Shown here piece by piece: positions 61,797 through 64,000 of a stretch of DNA of 64,000 bases; the stretch's first letter is position 1; every line of letters starts with the position of its first letter. The DNA lies in assembly GCF_006345805.1 (NCBI RefSeq), contig NC_043009.1, positions 48,236,001 through 48,300,000 of the forward strand, written 5' to 3'. The stretch is from Octopus sinensis (taxonomy: Eukaryota). The translations under genes were made by a program, and so were the position numbers. The notes under the pieces are model-generated. The model had not been told where the DNA came from. It saw nothing but the letters and a program-made list of their open reading frames with translations, and ran no database searches.

Positions 61797-63350
61797 AGTA
61801 AACAGAAAATGGAGAATATTGATCAACAACAACTGACTTACATCAATTATTATTTTTTAATTCAATACAAATAGACTGCATCCCATCCAACAGCTGTTTC
61901 TGCTTCCAGTGTTATATGGTATTGCTAACTCATCAGCGTGAAGAAAAATACATACATAAAAGAAAAGAAGAGCCAAGAGAGGAAACGGAAAAGCTGCATA
62001 TTTGAAATTCATATCATTTTGCTTATGTGTCTCTTTGTGACGATGAGTAAATGACTAAACTTAAAATAGTAATTCGTGGGTTAATTTTTTCTATGGGGGT
62101 AAGTGGGTAGATAAGTACTAAAAAAGTAAAAATAACAAAATATACAATAATGGGATACGCCAATAGGTTTAGTCAAAGAGGGAGTGAAGGTACCATAAAG
62201 TCTTGAAGTAATCATAATAACTTTTAATAATTATGGTTATAAGCGCAGGAGTGGCTGTGTGGTAACTAGCTTGCTTACCAACTACATGTTTCCAGGTTCA
62301 TTCCCACTGCGTGGCACCTTGGGAAAGTGTCTTCTACTATAACCCCGAGCCAACCAAAGCCTTGTACGTAGATTTGGTAGACGGAAACTGAAAGAAACTT
62401 GTGTGTGTCTGTGTTTATCTCTCAACATCGCTTCACAACCCATGGTGGTGTGTTTACGACCCCGTAACTTAGCGGTTCAGCAAAAGAGACCGAGAGAACA
62501 AGTACTAGGCTTCCAAAGAATAAGTCCTGGAGTCGATTTGCTCGACTAAAGGCGATATACCAGCTTGGCCGCAGTCAAATGACTGAAACAAATAAAAGAA
62601 AAAAAGAAAAAAGTACTAATTGATAGTTTTTTTATGACAATAAAGTGCCAACAAATTATTTCAATTACTTACCTACTAATATGTGGTAAAGTCCAACCAC
62701 CTATTGCTCGTAATAGGATTGACCAACCTCCAGCGTTCGATATAATTGATCAGTTAAATTTAAAAACAAAGGGCAAGCTATTAAGACCGTTATATGGGTT
62801 GATATAAATAAAGTATGGGAAAGTTGTATATGTTGTAAGGGGCCGAAAAATGCTTAGGACATTGTATATAAAAAACAAATATGTAAAGAAGTACAATGCA
62901 AAGGCATGAACAACGCTAGCCGTATCATTAAAACATGGAGAGATATTTGTTTGGAAAATTGGGAATTAAGGCGGTTGAGTGGGGTGGAATGGGGGAACAA
63001 TGGTCCAAAAGCTTTATAGAATAGGAGTGTGAAATTAGTAGACAATGAAGGGAATTTATTCCGTAGGGAGAGAATTAAGGTGATAAAAATGATAATTACG
63101 GTTAAGGGGAGGTAATGACTAGGGAAGTGACCGAAATTGAGAGATAATAATTCAAAGTTTAGGCTCTTCTTTTCTTTTATGCATGTATTCTTCTTCACTC
63201 TGATGAAGCTCTAATTATTACCAAATATGATGAATATTATTTTAAGAATATCAATGGCAATACCATATATTGGAAGCAGAAACAGCTGTTAGATGAGATG
63301 CAGTCTATTTGTATTGTTGATCAATATTTCTCCATTTTCTGTTTACTTTA
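61797..63350. repeat. Inverted pair of ~180-bp segments (61797-61973 and 63162-63350), each with a decayed hammerhead-like motif
   Basis: ggctcttcttttcttttat..ctgatga..ggaagcagaaacagctgtt..gcagtctatttgtattg..tccattttctgtttac occurs on opposite strands. Confidence 0.8.
62243..62614 (+). mobile_element. SINE family A, full length
   Basis: gcgcaggagtggctgtgtggtaac.. to tail. Confidence 0.92.
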
Positions 63351-63479
63351 AATTTGATTCCTGACAAACTTATGTTTATCTGTGTCATTACCTGTAATCT
63401 ACGAGCATATGTATTTCAAGGATTAACATAGGTAACTTTTATCCCTTAAACGGTTATACCAATCTCTAACACTACTAAC

Positions 63480-63507
63480 CCCCTGTATATATATATATAA
63501 TAGTAAA

Positions 63508-63538
<31 letters not shown>

Positions 63539-63614
63539 ATAAATAGTAAAATATATATATATATGTATATAATAGTAAAAATGATATTAATAATATATGT
63601 ACGTATGTATATAT

Positions 63615-63665
<51 letters not shown>

Positions 63666-63910
63666 ATATATAGTAAAATATATATATATATTGTATATAA
63701 TAGTAAAAATGATATTAATAATATATGTACGTATGTATATATAATATATATATATGTAATAGTAAAATATATATATATATATTATATAATATTAAAATGA
63801 TATTATATATATGTACGTATATATATATATATAATATATATATATATAATATATATATATATAATATATATATATATAATATATATATATATATGTATGT
63901 ATGTATATAT
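63480..63910. repeat. (TA)n-based minisatellite with repeated aatagtaaaa and gatattaataatatatgtacg blocks
   Basis: Direct sequence. Confidence 0.9.
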
Positions 63911-64000
63911 ATACAAGAATGTTGTATGTTGTGTGTACATACTGAGAGGTTTCAGGCTTTAAGGGTGTCGCGAAAGGCTTGGTTAGAGGCCAAACTTTTT

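Noticed and set aside
62854-63198. 114-aa minus-strand ORF
   Set aside because: Pyrimidine-biased, no motif, and lies inside an inverted-repeat-bounded repeat region.

Overview
AT-rich, microsatellite-saturated eukaryotic DNA. The tRNA-derived SINE families and repeat content look like an Octopus (coleoid cephalopod) genome; this is inferred from family recognition, not a database search. No complete protein-coding gene is visible, and almost all ORF-track entries are translated microsatellites. Recognisable content: R4/Dong-type RLE retrotransposon 3' ends and a 545-bp noncoding element stacked in (AAT)n arrays (1-4.3 kb), a decayed Penelope-like element (7.3-9.6 kb), a decayed Tc1 transposase (31.2-32.2 kb), a hAT/BED derivative, Helitron/HINE/MITE elements, about 30 SINE copies and several short candidate + strand exons, including a 15-nt microexon. 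The main discovery candidate is at 32.36-33.72 kb: a young 361-bp x3.5 tandem array with an inverted terminal fragment, inserted in (TA)n. Each full unit carries a minus-strand type I hammerhead ribozyme with a compensatory U3:A8 core, which fits a retrozyme or Penelope pseudo-LTR circular-RNA replicon. At least three other families of non-canonical minimal hammerhead relics are scattered through the window next to microsatellites.
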